Shown: positions 25,496 to 40,139 of the stretch, piece by piece
Layout: each line of letters begins with the position of its first letter
Numbering within the stretch: the stretch's first letter is position 1
Source: Octopus sinensis
Taxonomy: Eukaryota
Assembly (NCBI RefSeq): GCF_006345805.1
Contig: NC_043001.1
Span: forward strand, 54,250,001-54,314,000
Length of the DNA: 64,000 nt
Direction of reading: 5' to 3'
The notes under the pieces: generated by a model
Database searches by the model: none
Seen by the model: only the letters and a program-made list of their open reading frames with translations
Told to the model about the DNA's origin: nothing
Position numbers and translations under genes: made by a program

Positions 25496-26491
25496 CGACG
25501 TACGTACACTTTGTTCTCTTATATGTAAGTACACTTTTCACTAAATTTTGTACAACTTTTTCAACCCTTTCTCCCTCTCTCTCACATTTCTTTGCTTTTG
25601 TTACTTTGCACATCACTATGTCCCTGTCTCTCTTTTTTTCTCGCCACTCCTTGATTATTCAGTCTATCCACTTCTTAAACACACTCTCTCTCTCTTTCTC
25701 TCTCTCTCGCTCTCTCTCTCTCTCCTCTCCCCTCCTTAATTCCTTTGTTCCCCTTTTTCTCGCTCTTCTCTTCTCACGTGACCGTTGGCCGACTGCTAGC
25801 TCTTTCGCGTTTGACTGTGGTCACTGCCACGTCGATATTCTTCCTCTGTCGTAAGGCTTAATTTCCATACACGCCAGCTGAATTCAATTCGTTATTAGTC
25901 GAAAGACGCTTGTTGTTATGTACTGTTATTATTATTATCATTATTATTTTTATTGTATTTTGTATTTATATTCGTGTAACATCGTCTGTTTTTCTGTCCT
26001 TGTTTCGTATACATTCGTTGCTTTTTTCCAAGGAATCTAGTGCTCTTAGCTTAGTTTTTCCTTGGGGCTGGCCAGATTGGAGCAATCTCAAGATTAATCA
26101 GCCGAAATTGCCAGGATGATCCGGTCCTTAACTGAAGATAAAAAGCTTCGAATGACCCGTCCGTGTTTTTTTGTTTTTTTTGTATCGTCTATCTGGATGT
26201 TTTGTTGTCTCGTTTTTCGTTCTTGTCCCATTTTGTATTTTATTTTAGATATATATATATATACCGGAGTAAACACATAAATGTGAAACAAGGTGGAAGA
26301 AAGAGTACTCAAATACCAGTGGTAGAGTAATATGCTTTATTTAAAGCAGAAGAAAATTCAACAAAACCTGTTACTCTGACTTTCCCGTTGCCGTTCATCG
26401 GACAGTTTTTGCTAGAAAAACTGTCCGATGAACGGCAACGGGAAAGTCAGAGTAACAGGTTTTGTTGAATTTTCTGCTGCTTTAAATAAAG
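25354..26491. mobile_element. Composite PLE-like terminal structure (direct repeats plus long palindrome)
   Basis: About 90-bp direct repeat at 25354-25441 and 26150-26248. A 76-bp inverted repeat (26335-26410 / 26416-26491) carries a hammerhead-like motif. No ORF. Confidence 0.55.
26416..26463 (+). ncRNA. Degenerate hammerhead-like motif (mirrored on the minus strand at 26363-26410)
   Basis: aaaaactgt CCGATGA a cg gcaa cg g GAAA gtcagag TA acaggtttt: stem I 8/9 bp; U4C core change; stems II and III damaged. Confidence 0.4.
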
Positions 26492-26614
26492 TATATATAT
26501 ATATATAAGTAGAAGAATAGCTAGTAGAAGAAATAGCTATAACCCTTTGACTGCTATTCTAAATTCGGTATGTGGTAAGGCAACTCGTTGCTAAACCCTT
26601 ATTGCTTAGTATTA

Positions 26615-26717
<103 letters not shown>

Positions 26718-26839
26718 ACGAAGGAGAAATAACGTAGTTGATCATGTGACTACTCTGAAGCATGCTGCACATTTACCTTGTTTTGTGCGTCTTTGCTGAG
26801 AGATGGACGATTTGAACTAGTAAAGTATATATATATATA

Positions 26840-27010
26840 TAGCACGCTGAGCAAACTGCTTACCGGCTTTTCCTCCAACTTTACATTCTGAGTTCAAATA
26901 CTACTGACATCGACTTTGCCTTTCATCGTTTGAAGTCGATAAAATAAGAATCAGCTGATCACTGGAGTTGATGTAATCGACTTACTCACTTCCATGAAAT
27001 TACTCGCCTC
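26840..27010 (+). mobile_element. Degenerate SINE family B
   Basis: ttctgagttcaaatactactgacatcgactttgcctttcatcgtttgaagtcgataaaataag. Confidence 0.65.
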
Positions 27011-27439
27011 ATGCCAAAATTTAAAACCAAATACTTGATAGTATTTAGCTTACCTACCTTTATGTTTTGAGTTCAATTCTCGCTGCTGTCTGTTTTACTT
27101 CCAATGAAATCGACAATACACTTAACCACAAGATATGTAGTACTATAAGTGTCACAGTGTTAAAAGATTTCCTTCAGGATCTGCAGAAGAAGCATCAGCC
27201 ATGTAATATGCATATTTAATACATCCTTTAATGAATGTGTGTTCTCGTAGCAATGAGAGAAATAATCTTTATTGCAGTTTATTTGGGTGGCAGCAACTGT
27301 AAATATTTTTCAGTACATGTTTCTGCCTATCAATATTTTGGACTGAATATCTTCACTTTTCTTCCTTTTGTTTTGTACAAAACAAGTACAAAGTATACAA
27401 AGTACTAACGGATTTAGTCAAATCGATTATTCCTTCTTA

Positions 27440-28040
27440 TTCTTCGTGTATTATGCCTATAAGCGTCGGCGATTGCAGACATCCCCGCAGTTTGTCACAT
27501 GCACACAAATCTTATCATTTAATTGTACCCATCTGCCTGTAGCCATCTTCCTCAGTTGATCCCTTTTAGTTCTCCATTTGTCACTAAATCGTCAAAAATT
27601 TATCTTCTCGTATGATTCCAATATGGCATGTTGCATCCTTATGCGGATAAGAAATTTCCCGAGTGTGTATACTCGTCTACGAACTTCAGCGTTTATTATT
27701 CTATCAGTATAGGATAACTCCATGGTTGTCTAAGCACCCACATCTCTCAAGTTCTGACAAGCTTTAGCAAGTGTTGGTTCTGAATATGTATACCCTCAGG
27801 ACTCTTTTCCTCACGCTTATTCATAGCCAACTATTTGATAATTTGTTTGATCTCATCAAAGCAGGCAGGACCTCTCTAGTCCGGCATTCATTTCCTTGTT
27901 TTTCCCATCTGATGTAATATTGGTTCCCAAATATTTAAAATTGCCGTCTTTTGTTCCATTAAACCTTATGCAGTAAATTAGTGGCACTTTCTTTTGTGTA
28001 GTAGGACTATTCACATCCCTTGAAAATTATTTATGCCCGT
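27440..28040 (-). mobile_element. Decayed RTE-type LINE 3' remnant
   Basis: The minus strand gives FKYLGTNITSDGK (RTE-like FKYLGS.IT.DG). The rest is heavily mutated. Confidence 0.55.
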
Positions 28041-31000
28041 AGTCTAAAGCTAAAATCATTGAGTACCAATTGACTTGAATAGTTTACTCGGTTAAATCCC
28101 ACCCGCAAGGTATATAGTTTAGGTGCTAATTATAGAAGACGTTATTAGTTTTATTATTTTAACATAGGAACATGATCTTAAATACAACAGATTAAGATCA
28201 ACCCAAACATTTGACTGGTACATTATTTTATAGATAAAAGACAAAGTTGAGCTATTTGGGGTTTGAAATCAAAATTAAAATGCCGTAAATAAATAATGTA
28301 AAGAATATATTTTGAGTGTCAACGTTATTGCAAATCCAAAGACATAAGAATTGCTATTATTGTAGGATCTTTTATGCATTTTCCGTTGCCTTTGTTCCAG
28401 CTTTTTTTTACAAGACACGGTCGGCTAGATACATACAAGTTTGCTACATCTGTTTGGACTCACAGAACGTAAAGAACTGGGACAAATATTACATAGTATT
28501 TTGGTCTACGCCCCAATATCGCACTAATTCACCGCTCAAGATTACTACTTTTATTTTATCGACTCTAAAAGGGCAACTGGCAAAGATAACCTCACGGAAT
28601 TAAAACACTGACCTTAAAGGGGCAGAACAAGTACTGCGAAATATTTTGTCCTATGCTCTCGTGATTGTGTCAATTTATCACCTTCTTTTGAAGACGAGAG
28701 TCAATGAATTTCATACGTGATTTCGTTGCATCCTTTAAATCTCGGACTTGAAATCTTCCGAAGTCAATTTTACTTTAATCCTTTCCGGATCGATAAACAA
28801 GATATCAATATGGCTCAATTATAACGACTACAATGTTTCACCCCAAATGTACTGCTTTGTGTCTAAATTAGAAATCAATATTATTATTATTGTTTACTTT
28901 GCCACATCGTCTTTCAATTTATTATGTCATATTCCTGATTGTCATATTCCTGATAATAACACATCAAAATTTTCAAGAAAATAAATTCTAAATGTTTAAA
29001 AAAATGATATAACTATAAATATAATATTTATTTGATATCGAAATTTATGTTGCTATCTCATTTCTATGAGTTCAGTTTGAATTGAAACATTTATTGTGTA
29101 AGAACAATTTGTTGAAGATTAAATCTTTCTTATTTTGCAATTCCATGCAAGAATAGTAGCTACTTCTCCGTCTTACAAAAGATAAAATAAATCATATAAA
29201 TAAGATTTTTAAGTGAATTTTATAATACATGAAATAATTTGAGTTTATAACGATGTTTACAAGCATTTAAATGCATATGTATGCGTTGGAGATTATGCAG
29301 TGTGTCGGTTGTAGTTAAAATAACTTTAAATAAATACTTTTAAATCAACTAGCAAATATAAATTAATAGCATATATTTTAGGCAATGTTATACTGGCATT
29401 AAATTGAAACATTAAGTAATTTCGTGACATTTTCAATAAAATAAACAGCAATGTCAGCTAAAACTTTTAATTTCACCTCGTATTTTAGCGAAAGTAAATA
29501 AGATCAGTTGCCAATATAGATGAAATATTGAAAGTCTACCGCTATACACATCTCTATTTATTTTCGCTGCTCATTCTCTTCACACATGATTAGAAGTGAT
29601 TCTAGAAAAAATATTTACAAAACAAAACTCTCTAGAAACAGCTTACGGCGAAATAACACGTAAAGCTGACTGCTGATCCTAACATATGTTAGCATGTTAA
29701 AACAGATTTAAGCTAATGCCAATTGACGTCAATGATATCAATTATATGTCTTGCAGTATTCAGATGCAACTCCTTACTCTCGGATTTCGAATCTCGTCTA
29801 AGTTAACACTGACCTTCATCATCTTGGAATTGATAAAAATAGGTATCAGGCAAGCAACTGGTGTTAATATAGTCTGCCAAACTTGAGACCTTATGTCTAA
29901 GTAAAAAATCAATAATTTTAATTAAAAATTTTCAATAAAATCAATATTGTCTAATCTTTGATTTGCTGAGTGTCAAGTTGCTAATAATATCTGTGTGTGA
30001 ATTGTGTGGTGTGACTTCTGCTACTCTCATAGTTGCTATGTGATTTACACATTATGTTAAAGTTTTTTTTTCTGTTTGGATTTATAAAATATAATTTGAG
30101 GATAGTATAAGGATAATACGTAGAAATAATACGTAAGGACAAACTGAATTGCATTTATATATATATATATGCGTGTGTGTGCGTATGTGCGTACAATTAT
30201 TGTTTAATACCCAAGTCTCATCTGACTGAGTTGACATATAAACAAATGTTGAAGTAATTTTTATCTTTCTTCTTCAGATATAGCGCATCCAAAACTATAA
30301 TACCTAAAGTGGGCCTTCCTTTTTAAAACGGCTAAGGATTCGGTCGCTATTTCTAATAGGTCAAGCAACCTAGTGCAGACTTCCTACCTGCTCATTTGTG
30401 CTTGTGTGCACAGAATTTAAGAAGACCTACATATATATTATACATAGTACATTATATGTACAGTGTGCGTGTGTCCGCGCGTCTATATGTTTTTATGTCT
30501 ATTCTATGTTCCTACTTAATGAATAACAACATAAAATATATATAATTTCGTTGGGGTTTCTACGTTTTCTTTTTCTGTGAAAAGGTTTCGTTCATTGTCC
30601 TGCATCCAATTAGAAACCAATATCAGCCGGACGTTATTTATAGCTAATCATATAACAGTTGCTACTTATAGAATTAAAAGCATTTACTGGCATTCTTAAA
30701 ACTTATTAGATATAAATATTTTAGTGAAACATGTCTGTACTCTAACTTTGTTTTGGGTTATTTTCCAGTAACTCACCAGGTTCTTGTTTTCTTTTTCATC
30801 TTCTTCCATATAAATCAGACTTCTCGCTCTTCTTTATTCGTTGCTTTATATAGTTTCTTCGATGTAGAATCTCTTTGGATAGGAGGCATCCAGAGTAATA
30901 ATTTTTATACTCATGTTTGTTCAATCTATTCAAAACGAGAAGTGGTTACAAGATTAGTAACCATGGGATAACTATTTCCATTCTCGTTAAATTCTTTGCT

Positions 31001-31478
31001 AATTTAGATGTATCTGATAACGTGCCGTTTTTATTCTCGTACTTGTTCAATCTGTCTAAAAGCACTTTCCATTAAAGCAGTTATATTGCATCTTCAAGTA
31101 GACAATGTGTGGTTTTAAAATCCAGTTTAAACTGTGAACACAAAACTGGAAATAGTTGTATAGCAATTTCCATTCTCCTTAAAAAGTTTACTTATTCAGA
31201 AAAAGTAGTTGCTTTCCTTTGTGCTTGAATACAACTTTCTATAACTATCCTGCATGACAGAGAAAACAGAGTTACATTCAAACTTCAGATACTTCATGGC
31301 GATAAAAAAAATATTGATTATTATGACGTTGTTTAACCCCAAGTTAAGCCTCATTAAGCATGCCTATGATTCAAAACGTTCTAGTTAAGACCATTTAGTC
31401 TTTTATCCAGCAACAGTATATTTAAGAATACATTCGCTTATATGTCCTTGTTTATACATACATACATACATATATATA

Positions 31479-31524
<46 letters not shown>

Positions 31525-31662
31525 GATCAAAATAAAAACATGATGCCAAGGATTCAGCGGTACATATGTTTCCGGCCTTTATTAGACAGATTTATAACAA
31601 TGCATAATGTATGTCTGTGGCCTTCTTCAGCCGCGCACAACAGCTTCCACAAGGACATGTGT

Positions 31663-31711
<49 letters not shown>

Positions 31712-32089
31712 CAAACTTACTTAGAAATGGATGCGTGCGTTCCGTCATATAATAACAAAATAATAAATAAAACATATGCATATATACATACATATATGTA
31801 CGTACCTACATCTACATGTATATATACCTGCATATACGGGTACAGGACACCAAAAAAACGTCGAATACAATGAGAAACGAAAACATAAACACAAAACCAA
31901 GGAAATGGACATTTTTCTTAAACAACGAAAAAATAGAGTACAGGACATAGAACACAAGGAAAATTCCCCTTCTTCAGTCACCTTTGTTTCATCTACTCCG
32001 CGTTTCGAAGGTCAAGGTGATTGACACAACTTCGTTGAAACATTCCTTCCCGCAAAAAGCAAATTAAACAAAATTTGAGATTTTTTTGC

Positions 32090-32109
32090 AGATAGATAGA
32101 TAGATAGAT

Positions 32110-32186
<77 letters not shown>

Positions 32187-32275
32187 CAGACAGGCAGACA
32201 GACAGATAGGCAGGCAGGCAGGCATACATGCAGACAGGCAGGCAGACAGACAAACAGACAAACAGACAGACAGAC

Positions 32276-32340
<65 letters not shown>

Positions 32341-32447
32341 GATAGGTAGGTAGATAGATATATAGACAGACAGACAGGCAGACAGACAGACAGGCAGGCA
32401 GGCAGACATGCAGACAGGCAGGCAGACAGACAAACAGACAAACAGAC

Positions 32448-32515
<68 letters not shown>
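32090..32515 (+). repeat. Compound (GATA)n/(GACA)n/(GGCA)n microsatellite with higher-order duplication
   Basis: The block caggcaggcaggca.acatgcagacaggcaggcagacagacaaacagacaaacagacaga occurs twice, about 185 bp apart. Confidence 0.92.
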
Positions 32516-33719
32516 GTGACACGATTCCACAGAGTTTTTGCCTATGAAATTTTATTCCCAAGGTATTGTCCAACCCGAATCATCGTTTAAAATAAGCAAA
32601 AAACAACATGCAGTGACTCAAACCCAGCAGTACATGGCTGTAGAGCAAACACTTCTGCCAAGTTTCGGACTTGTCTTTTGCAATACTACAAGCTAATTTT
32701 TATTTTTATAATGGAAATGATCTCAGCTGAAAAATGGCCATAACTCAAAAATAACCGCCTTCACTAGCCATCCATTATGTTGCGTTTTATTTTCATTTTT
32801 TCCAAATATATGAGAGCATGATTTCAAATATTGATAGCTAACGAATTCTCATAAATTCTTATAACAAAAATTTTCTCTACTAAAAAATAACATTTTGCAC
32901 ATTAAAAGAAATAACCAACAATTTTTTTTAAATGGCAGAAAAAGTAAACAATTGCAACCATAACGTAAGAAACTTGATATTAAAATTTACATTATAAATA
33001 TAGTTAGAACTTTACATTAGCTACAGGAATTTTGTATCTAATTTTTTCATCAGAATAATAACTTTCCTGTCTTTTCTTCGGTAAAGATTTATTACCTAAG
33101 ATTAGTAGAGAGTTATTGCCTGCATTCTTATGTAAACAAAACTATTATGCAATTTACCAGTACCATATAATCACTTTACGTGAATCAGCGTTGTTTACAT
33201 TTTCTCTAGCTATTAATATAGATATCAGATGGTCTCAATGTTTCTCCTCTCTGATATTTGGATATAAAAGATAAAAAGCAAAATTCTTTTAAAATGTGTA
33301 CTCTTCTTGGACACATTAGTAGAGTATCCTAATGCTAAAATGAAGTTTCGCCCAGTTTTTATCTGTTATTGACGTTTTTTTTTAATCTATAGACTTAACT
33401 ACAGTGCAATAAATGACAGAGTATGAGATAATACACACTACTTAATCCGAATTTTGTTCAAGCATACTACTTGCTCCCTTATATTTTGGTATTATACAAT
33501 TGAATTACAAACATAGGAAATAATTCTAGTTTCACATGTAAACCAAGTGTTGTTTTTATCTACGTATCTAGAGAAAAAAAAATTAATATTGTAAAAATTA
33601 AATTCCAGCTTCAGTTATAAGACTGGGATGTCAGATATTCATAAATTACCCTTTATATTGCTAAGAAAACCACAGGAAACTTAAAGAAATGGCAGTGAAG
33701 TAGTTATCTATCCATTTAG

Positions 33720-34110
33720 TCTTCTTCTCCACCCATTATTCTTGTGGGGGTCGTGGTCTCTCAGCCACTTCCTCCATAGGATCTTCTAGGAAGCAACTGT
33801 CATTAGATTTCCCGGCTGATTTCCTAAGCGTGACCAACTCAGACTGTTCATGCAACCATCTCCGTCTTGATCTATCCCTTGATCTCCAGCCAATTGGCTT
33901 GGTTTGAAGAAACCGCCTTACCATTCTCTCCTGCGACCTTTCTTTTCTATTTTTCTAATCACGTGTCCGTAGCACTGAAGCTGTGACTTATCAATGCGAA
34001 GAAGTAGTGGTTCGATACTGTCGAGTAACATTACTCCAGAGACCATTCAGAGGAACTACATTTCGACGGCTTGTATTCTATAGAGCCAAGAGGACTTATC
34101 TGCCTCTTGG
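33720..34110 (-). mobile_element. RTE-type LINE C-terminal remnant
   Basis: The minus strand gives RIQAVEM.FL.MVSGV...IEPLLLRIDKSQLQCYGHVIRK...RMVRRFLQTKPIGWRSRDRSRRRW (cf. LRWYGHVxR...GxRxRGRPRxRW). Confidence 0.75.
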
Positions 34111-34299
34111 TTTTTCTCCCCTGACAGTTGTCGCACGTCTGAAGATGTAAAATAAAATGGTTTAGCTACTAAGTGTTCGTGTGAAACAGACAGATTTCCA
34201 GAAGCGCTTTGTTTTAACTATGGGGATTTTAGTAAAAAAATAAAAAGGGGCCTGTCAGTATTTCCTCTAAAACGGTTTGTGTAGAAGATGCGGTTTGAT

Positions 34300-34715
34300 T
34301 AATACTCTTTACTCTTTTACTTGTTTCAGCCATTTGACTGTGGCCATGCTGGAGCACCGCCTCTAGTCGAGCAAATCTACCCCAGAACTTATTCTTTGTA
34401 AACCTAGTACTTATTCTCTCGGTCTCCTTTGCCGAACCGCTAAGTTACGGGGACGTAAACACATAAGCATCGGTTGTCAAGTGATGTTGGGGGGACAAAC
34501 ACAGATAAACAAACATATACACACACATACATATATATATATATACATATATACAACGGACTTCTTTCAGTTTCCGTCTACTAAATCCACTCACAAGGCT
34601 TTGGTCGCGCGGTGCTATAGTAGAAGACACTTGCCCAAGGTGCCACGCAGTGGGACTGAACTCGGAACCATGTGGTTGGTAAGCAAGCTACTTGCCACAC
34701 AGCCACTCCTACGCC
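34300..34715 (-). mobile_element. SINE family A, full length
   Basis: Reverse complement of the family A head, body and tail. Confidence 0.9.
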
Positions 34716-36526
34716 TATTAATTTTCAGATGTAAATTTTATATGTCAATTTTGAAAGAGAAAATTATAATCAGAGAGTGAATCTATTGCGTTATTGAGAG
34801 TAAATGAAAGATAAAGAGATTCACTGCTAAAATACATTTCGTATGTTACAGCTTAGTAAGGGCGTGTGGATTTCATAGTAAAGTATGTTTAACAGATGAT
34901 ATACAAAAGTACTTAAATGGATAAGAAATTTCTATTCACACAAGTACAACTTTCAACAAAGCAACTGGTAATGCTCGAAATGATAACTTTATTGAGCTTA
35001 CAGTTACGTATCCAATGAGCTTAATAGAAAAAGAGTGTATAATGAGATTCCAGTAACAAAACAAAGTTAGTACCGTTCGACTTAATACCTAATACTGTTT
35101 ATACAGAAATATATTTGACGACAAGCCTGCCAAAATGGCTTGCGAGGATATACAACGAGAACATCTCTCTAATTAAAATCTAGTATAAATCGATCAAATT
35201 TCACTAATTACAATTTGAGTACCTACCGGTTAAAATTTCTCAACTACAGCCTGAATGTATTCGCTTGTGAATAGTTAATTAACAATAATTACGATTATGT
35301 ATATACACACGTCTGTACATACTGTACACCTATCCATTTACATACTGTACTCCTATCCATACGGAAAAGTAGCTTCTCGAAACAGTATCCCTAAACTGTC
35401 TTAGCTACATAGAGAAAGATTTTTAAAATTGCTACCACTGATACCAACATAGAAATTGATAAAGTTGTATCCCTAGCATATACTCGGTTAATAAAGAAAC
35501 TAAGCTAAAATAGTAATTGACAGGCTATTGCCAACCAATTAATATTTTACTCAATGACTGGAGTAATTTAATCCAATTAGCAGTTACAAACTAATCACAG
35601 CTATAACAATCTTGACTACCGGCTGTAACCAGTTGTTCGTCATTGTTGAAAAAATTAAGCTGATGGCGGTATTATTTAATGACTTCCTTTGCGGTGTATT
35701 TACTCCGGGTACAAACCCAAGCTAGAGAAGAGACTGAGAAACGTAAATGCCAATGCTTTCATATACGTGTATGCTTGGGTGCAGACGTGCTGGAAAATGT
35801 GTGGGAATGTAACTGTACCCAAATTTGCGTGCAAATGTAATTAATCAGGTACAGATTATGTGTAAACATGTGTATGGAGTTAATCGTTCATGAAGAATAG
35901 ATACAATTGTGTACATACACAATTATAGTTATCGTTAATTAACTAACTATTCATGTGCGAGTGCATTCAGTGATAATTAGTTCACTTTAATCGCTTAGCA
36001 ATGAAACTGTTAAATGCAATTTTAACTGCGTTGTACTGAGTCTAAATAAAAGTTGTAACACCTATAGAACATCATAGAAGGATTAACTCTCTTTCACTAA
36101 AAATACTATTGCAACGTGCAAGCCTCTTCTAAATTAATCGATGATGTCAGAAACTCATCTCATCTGAGATCTCGCTCCATTCATTTGGGCATAGTACCAG
36201 TCAAATATATTTCAGGTTAAAAATTTATGAAGTATGAAGTCAATATAAAACCACTGATCCCCTTTTTTAACATAAATTCCATTGAAGAATCTATTATCCA
36301 CTTTTTACTTACAAGTGCTTCTTTCTCTTAGTTTTTCATGTTTATGTGTATCTGGGTAAGAGCATATATATGTGTGTGTATGTGTATATGTTGTGTGTAT
36401 GGTGTGTGTATGGTGTGTGTATGTGTGTTTTATACAATTATACATACACATATATACATATATTTACATAAATACATATATATACGTATACATACATACA
36501 TACATACATACATACATACATACATA

Positions 36527-36577
<51 letters not shown>

Positions 36578-36599
36578 ACAAGAATATCCGATTAACCTT

Positions 36600-37258
36600 A
36601 TCAATACAGCCATTTCCAAGGCCCAGAACATTCCAGTGACAACACTGAGAAAAACAAACCCAAAACTATTAGAAGATTAATACAGTTATTTCTTTGGTCA
36701 TCACTTAACTCACAACCCAAGGAATTGCAGCATTGTGAAAGCCGTCAAACAATATCTCCCAATTCTCCAGCAATTCCCCAAAATGAATGCACTCATAAAG
36801 GACTTACAAATAATATATAGCAGACACCAAACACCAAACTTAAAAAGCTGCTCACCAAGGCGAAATTTACATCTAACATTGAAACAATGCTAGTTTAAAA
36901 ATGCGGGGACCCTCTACTGGGAAACTATGAATACATTGAAGAGGGTGGGCAAATCTCCTTTGAAAACAATGAGGTTTTCAAAGTCAATGCAAAGCGAAAA
37001 CCTCAATTGACTGTGCACCTTGCCCACAATGTAAAGAGTACTACATTGGTGAAACCGGATCAGCACTACATGACAGAGTTTGTGTACACAAACAACAAAA
37101 TAAAGACACTGTCAGAAACACCACTTGCAGTGAACACTTCGCATCAGGCGGAAAGGGAAATTTCACAATCTTCTTCTTCTATACGTTACGGTCGGAAAAC
37201 GAACATCTCCAGAAATATAAAGAAGAATTCTTCATCAGGAGGTTCAAACCATTACTGA
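36600..37258 (+). mobile_element. Penelope-like remnant with GIY-YIG endonuclease
   Basis: CPQCKEYYIGETGSALHDRVCVHKQQ...CSEHF...NFTIFFFY...KEEFFIRRFKPLLN across small frameshifts. Confidence 0.82.
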
Positions 37259-38101
37259 ACACAAAAAAAAATGATATTGCAACCCTCCAACATATAACGA
37301 AATCCTCTCCTTTTTTATATAAAAAGATATATATCCAAATAGAAGTGTATGACACCCACACTTTCAATTATTCGATCGTTGAAGAGAAGAACAACCCTCA
37401 GTGGTAAACTACTATTTTACTAACCCCTCTCCCTACAATGTACATGTGAACTTAAATACTTGAGTAGTATATAGATACGTATACATGAGTGTATGTGAAC
37501 GTATGCATGCGTATGTAGGTATATGTAAATATACGTTTGTGATACATACGCATGCGCATGTGTGCATACATGTGCGTATATATGTGTGTGGATATGCATA
37601 TATGTGTGTATAAATATGTATATGCACACATATGCCCATGCGTGTGTACTTCTTCTGCTTTATATGTGCCCATATATTTGCGCATGCATCCATCATCATC
37701 GTCGTCGTCGTCGGTTAGCGTCCACACGGAAAGTAGACGTTGGGAAGCGATGTTGGTGGTAGTGGTGGTGGTGGTGGTGCATGTGAGCTGGAGGGGTGCT
37801 TATGTGTGGGTGTGGGCGTGAGTGTGTTTGTATGTATGTATGTATACATGTGTATGTGTACGTAGGTATGTATGTGTGTATATATGTGTGTGTATACATA
37901 CGGGTTTATATATATATGTGTGTGTGTATGCATGTGTTTAAATATATTTGTATATGTGTATGTCTATATGTGTGCGGGAGCTTGGAGGAGCTTTAGGTGT
38001 TTTCGCTCAATAAACACACACAACGCCCTGTCTGAGAATCGAAACCGCGATCCTACGACCGCAAGTCCACTACCCTAAACACCGGACCATTGCGCCTCCA
38101 C

Positions 38102-38202
<101 letters not shown>

Positions 38203-38233
38203 TTATTGGTTGCATTGTGATATATAATATATA

Positions 38234-38302
<69 letters not shown>

Positions 38303-38418
38303 GGAAGAGATTATATTGTTGATTTGGAGAGATGAAAGAAAAAATAAAGGTGAAGTAGACGAGGGTTCGGATATTTTGACCGCTCACGTCAAAGCATGAA
38401 AACCGACTAAGACAAAAA

Positions 38419-38419
<1 letters not shown>

Positions 38420-38455
<36 letters not shown>

Positions 38456-38489
38456 TGTGGTGGTGGTGGTGGTGGTGGTGGTGGTGGTG

Positions 38490-38566
<77 letters not shown>
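38420..38566 (+). repeat. (AGT)n-(GGT)n-(AGT)n compound microsatellite
   Basis: Directly visible. A similar AGT-to-GGT tract lies at about 61352-61480. Confidence 0.95.
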
Positions 38567-38567
<1 letters not shown>

Positions 38568-39489
38568 TAAGCATTGGCAGATGCAGCGGCAAAGACATCG
38601 GCGTCAGCGGCAGCAGCAGCAGTATTCACGAGTACCCCCTCATTCAGATAAATGGGAAAAATCAACATCTGATGTTTCTTTTTCTTTTTTTCCAACATGG
38701 CAAATGTATACGACGCAATAGAGAATAATACATATAATACAAAAGTATACTCTGAATGTATCGAGTTGAGTTCTCTTGATATATTTCGAATATTTTTTCA
38801 GTGACATTTGAAGCATTGTGATTTATTAGTAGCTATTGTGTCAATATGAAATTGTTGATACAATCTATTTCTTTTGGATGGGGTAGTTAAATTCCATCAA
38901 AAAGTGTTTTATTCACTTTCCGGAGACGAACATTGCTTTCAAGCTCTTTTGCAAACAAAATTAAGTAAAATTCGAACGAATTTAAAAGCTATGCATTGCG
39001 TTTAATAAAAGCATTTTATTGCTGTTTCCTGAATTTTTCATCAAAAGATCTTTTTTCAGAGAGAAATCATCAGTACATAAAAGAATGAAGATGAACACAA
39101 CCAGCAAAGGGAAAAGCAGACAAACGGACAGAAATCTCGACCGCTCCCGTCAGTAGAGTATTTTTGTGATATACACATCTTTTCACTTACTTTCTGCATT
39201 GAAATTTAACCTATAATAATGACTCAAATATCACAATACCAGCTCGAAATAAAATTACTTGAAATACGCCAACATCAGCAAGAATTCCAGATATTCTTAT
39301 ATATCTTCTGTATTTTCTAGTTAATCGAATGCTTCTGACGCGTCCGAGACAGAAGCAAACTCCTGCCGTTGAGGTGTTCCTCCATCTGATCCGAGGGGAA
39401 TTTCTGAATGATATTTCTGTCACCGTAACTTTTTGATTGCCGTATAGCCATCGTTCGAGTTTGAAAAAGACTGATCGAGAAATATGCCT

Positions 39490-39524
<35 letters not shown>

Positions 39525-40139
39525 TACTTCACTTTGTTCTTTTCTATTTGTCTTTATACAACTGATTTCTTTTTGAAAAGGAACTTTTAGAAAACAAGAT
39601 TAAAATTAACTGTTCTGGTACAATCTTATTTAATACCTTCCACGTTGTATATGACAAAGCCTCGCCGAGGCCTACTTGTCATAAAAACTATGTTTTTATC
39701 AAACGCATAGTTTGGCTTTAAATACGTTCATATTTTGCCGTAATGCTTCAAATAGAATATTACTTAAGCTAAATTTACAATACACACATACACAATATAT
39801 ATACCTATATATATATATATACATTACAGATGTATATATACATTACAGATATAGGGTAAAGAATTATTAATTTAATAATTACTAAATTTTACCAAGTAGT
39901 TTCAGTATGAAAAAAAAACATTATCGGTAAAAACTTGTACAAAAAGTTTTTTTTATATATGATTATAAATCTAATTAAGGGTTTTGCAACAAGTTGCTTC
40001 ACCACATACCGAAAATTTAGAAATAGCAACCAAAAGACAGCTAATTCTTTTCACTACAAATATGACACCACAGACAACAATATTTGTAACTCACAGGCAA
40101 AAAGAATTAAAACTAACGAAATCAAACAGTCTTCGATTA

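Noticed and set aside
26115-26160. Hammerhead-like CTGAAGA...CGAAT
   Set aside because: GAAA is incomplete, and there is no stem II, stem III or UH site.
29722-29733. Palindromic CRE site attgacgtcaat
   Set aside because: A single short motif expected by chance in 64 kb, with no supporting context.
31950-32040. Minus-strand GAAACGCG...CTGAAGA as a permuted hammerhead
   Set aside because: Stem I cannot form with the post-cleavage strand. It is probably a PLE-like terminus but is not a supportable ribozyme.
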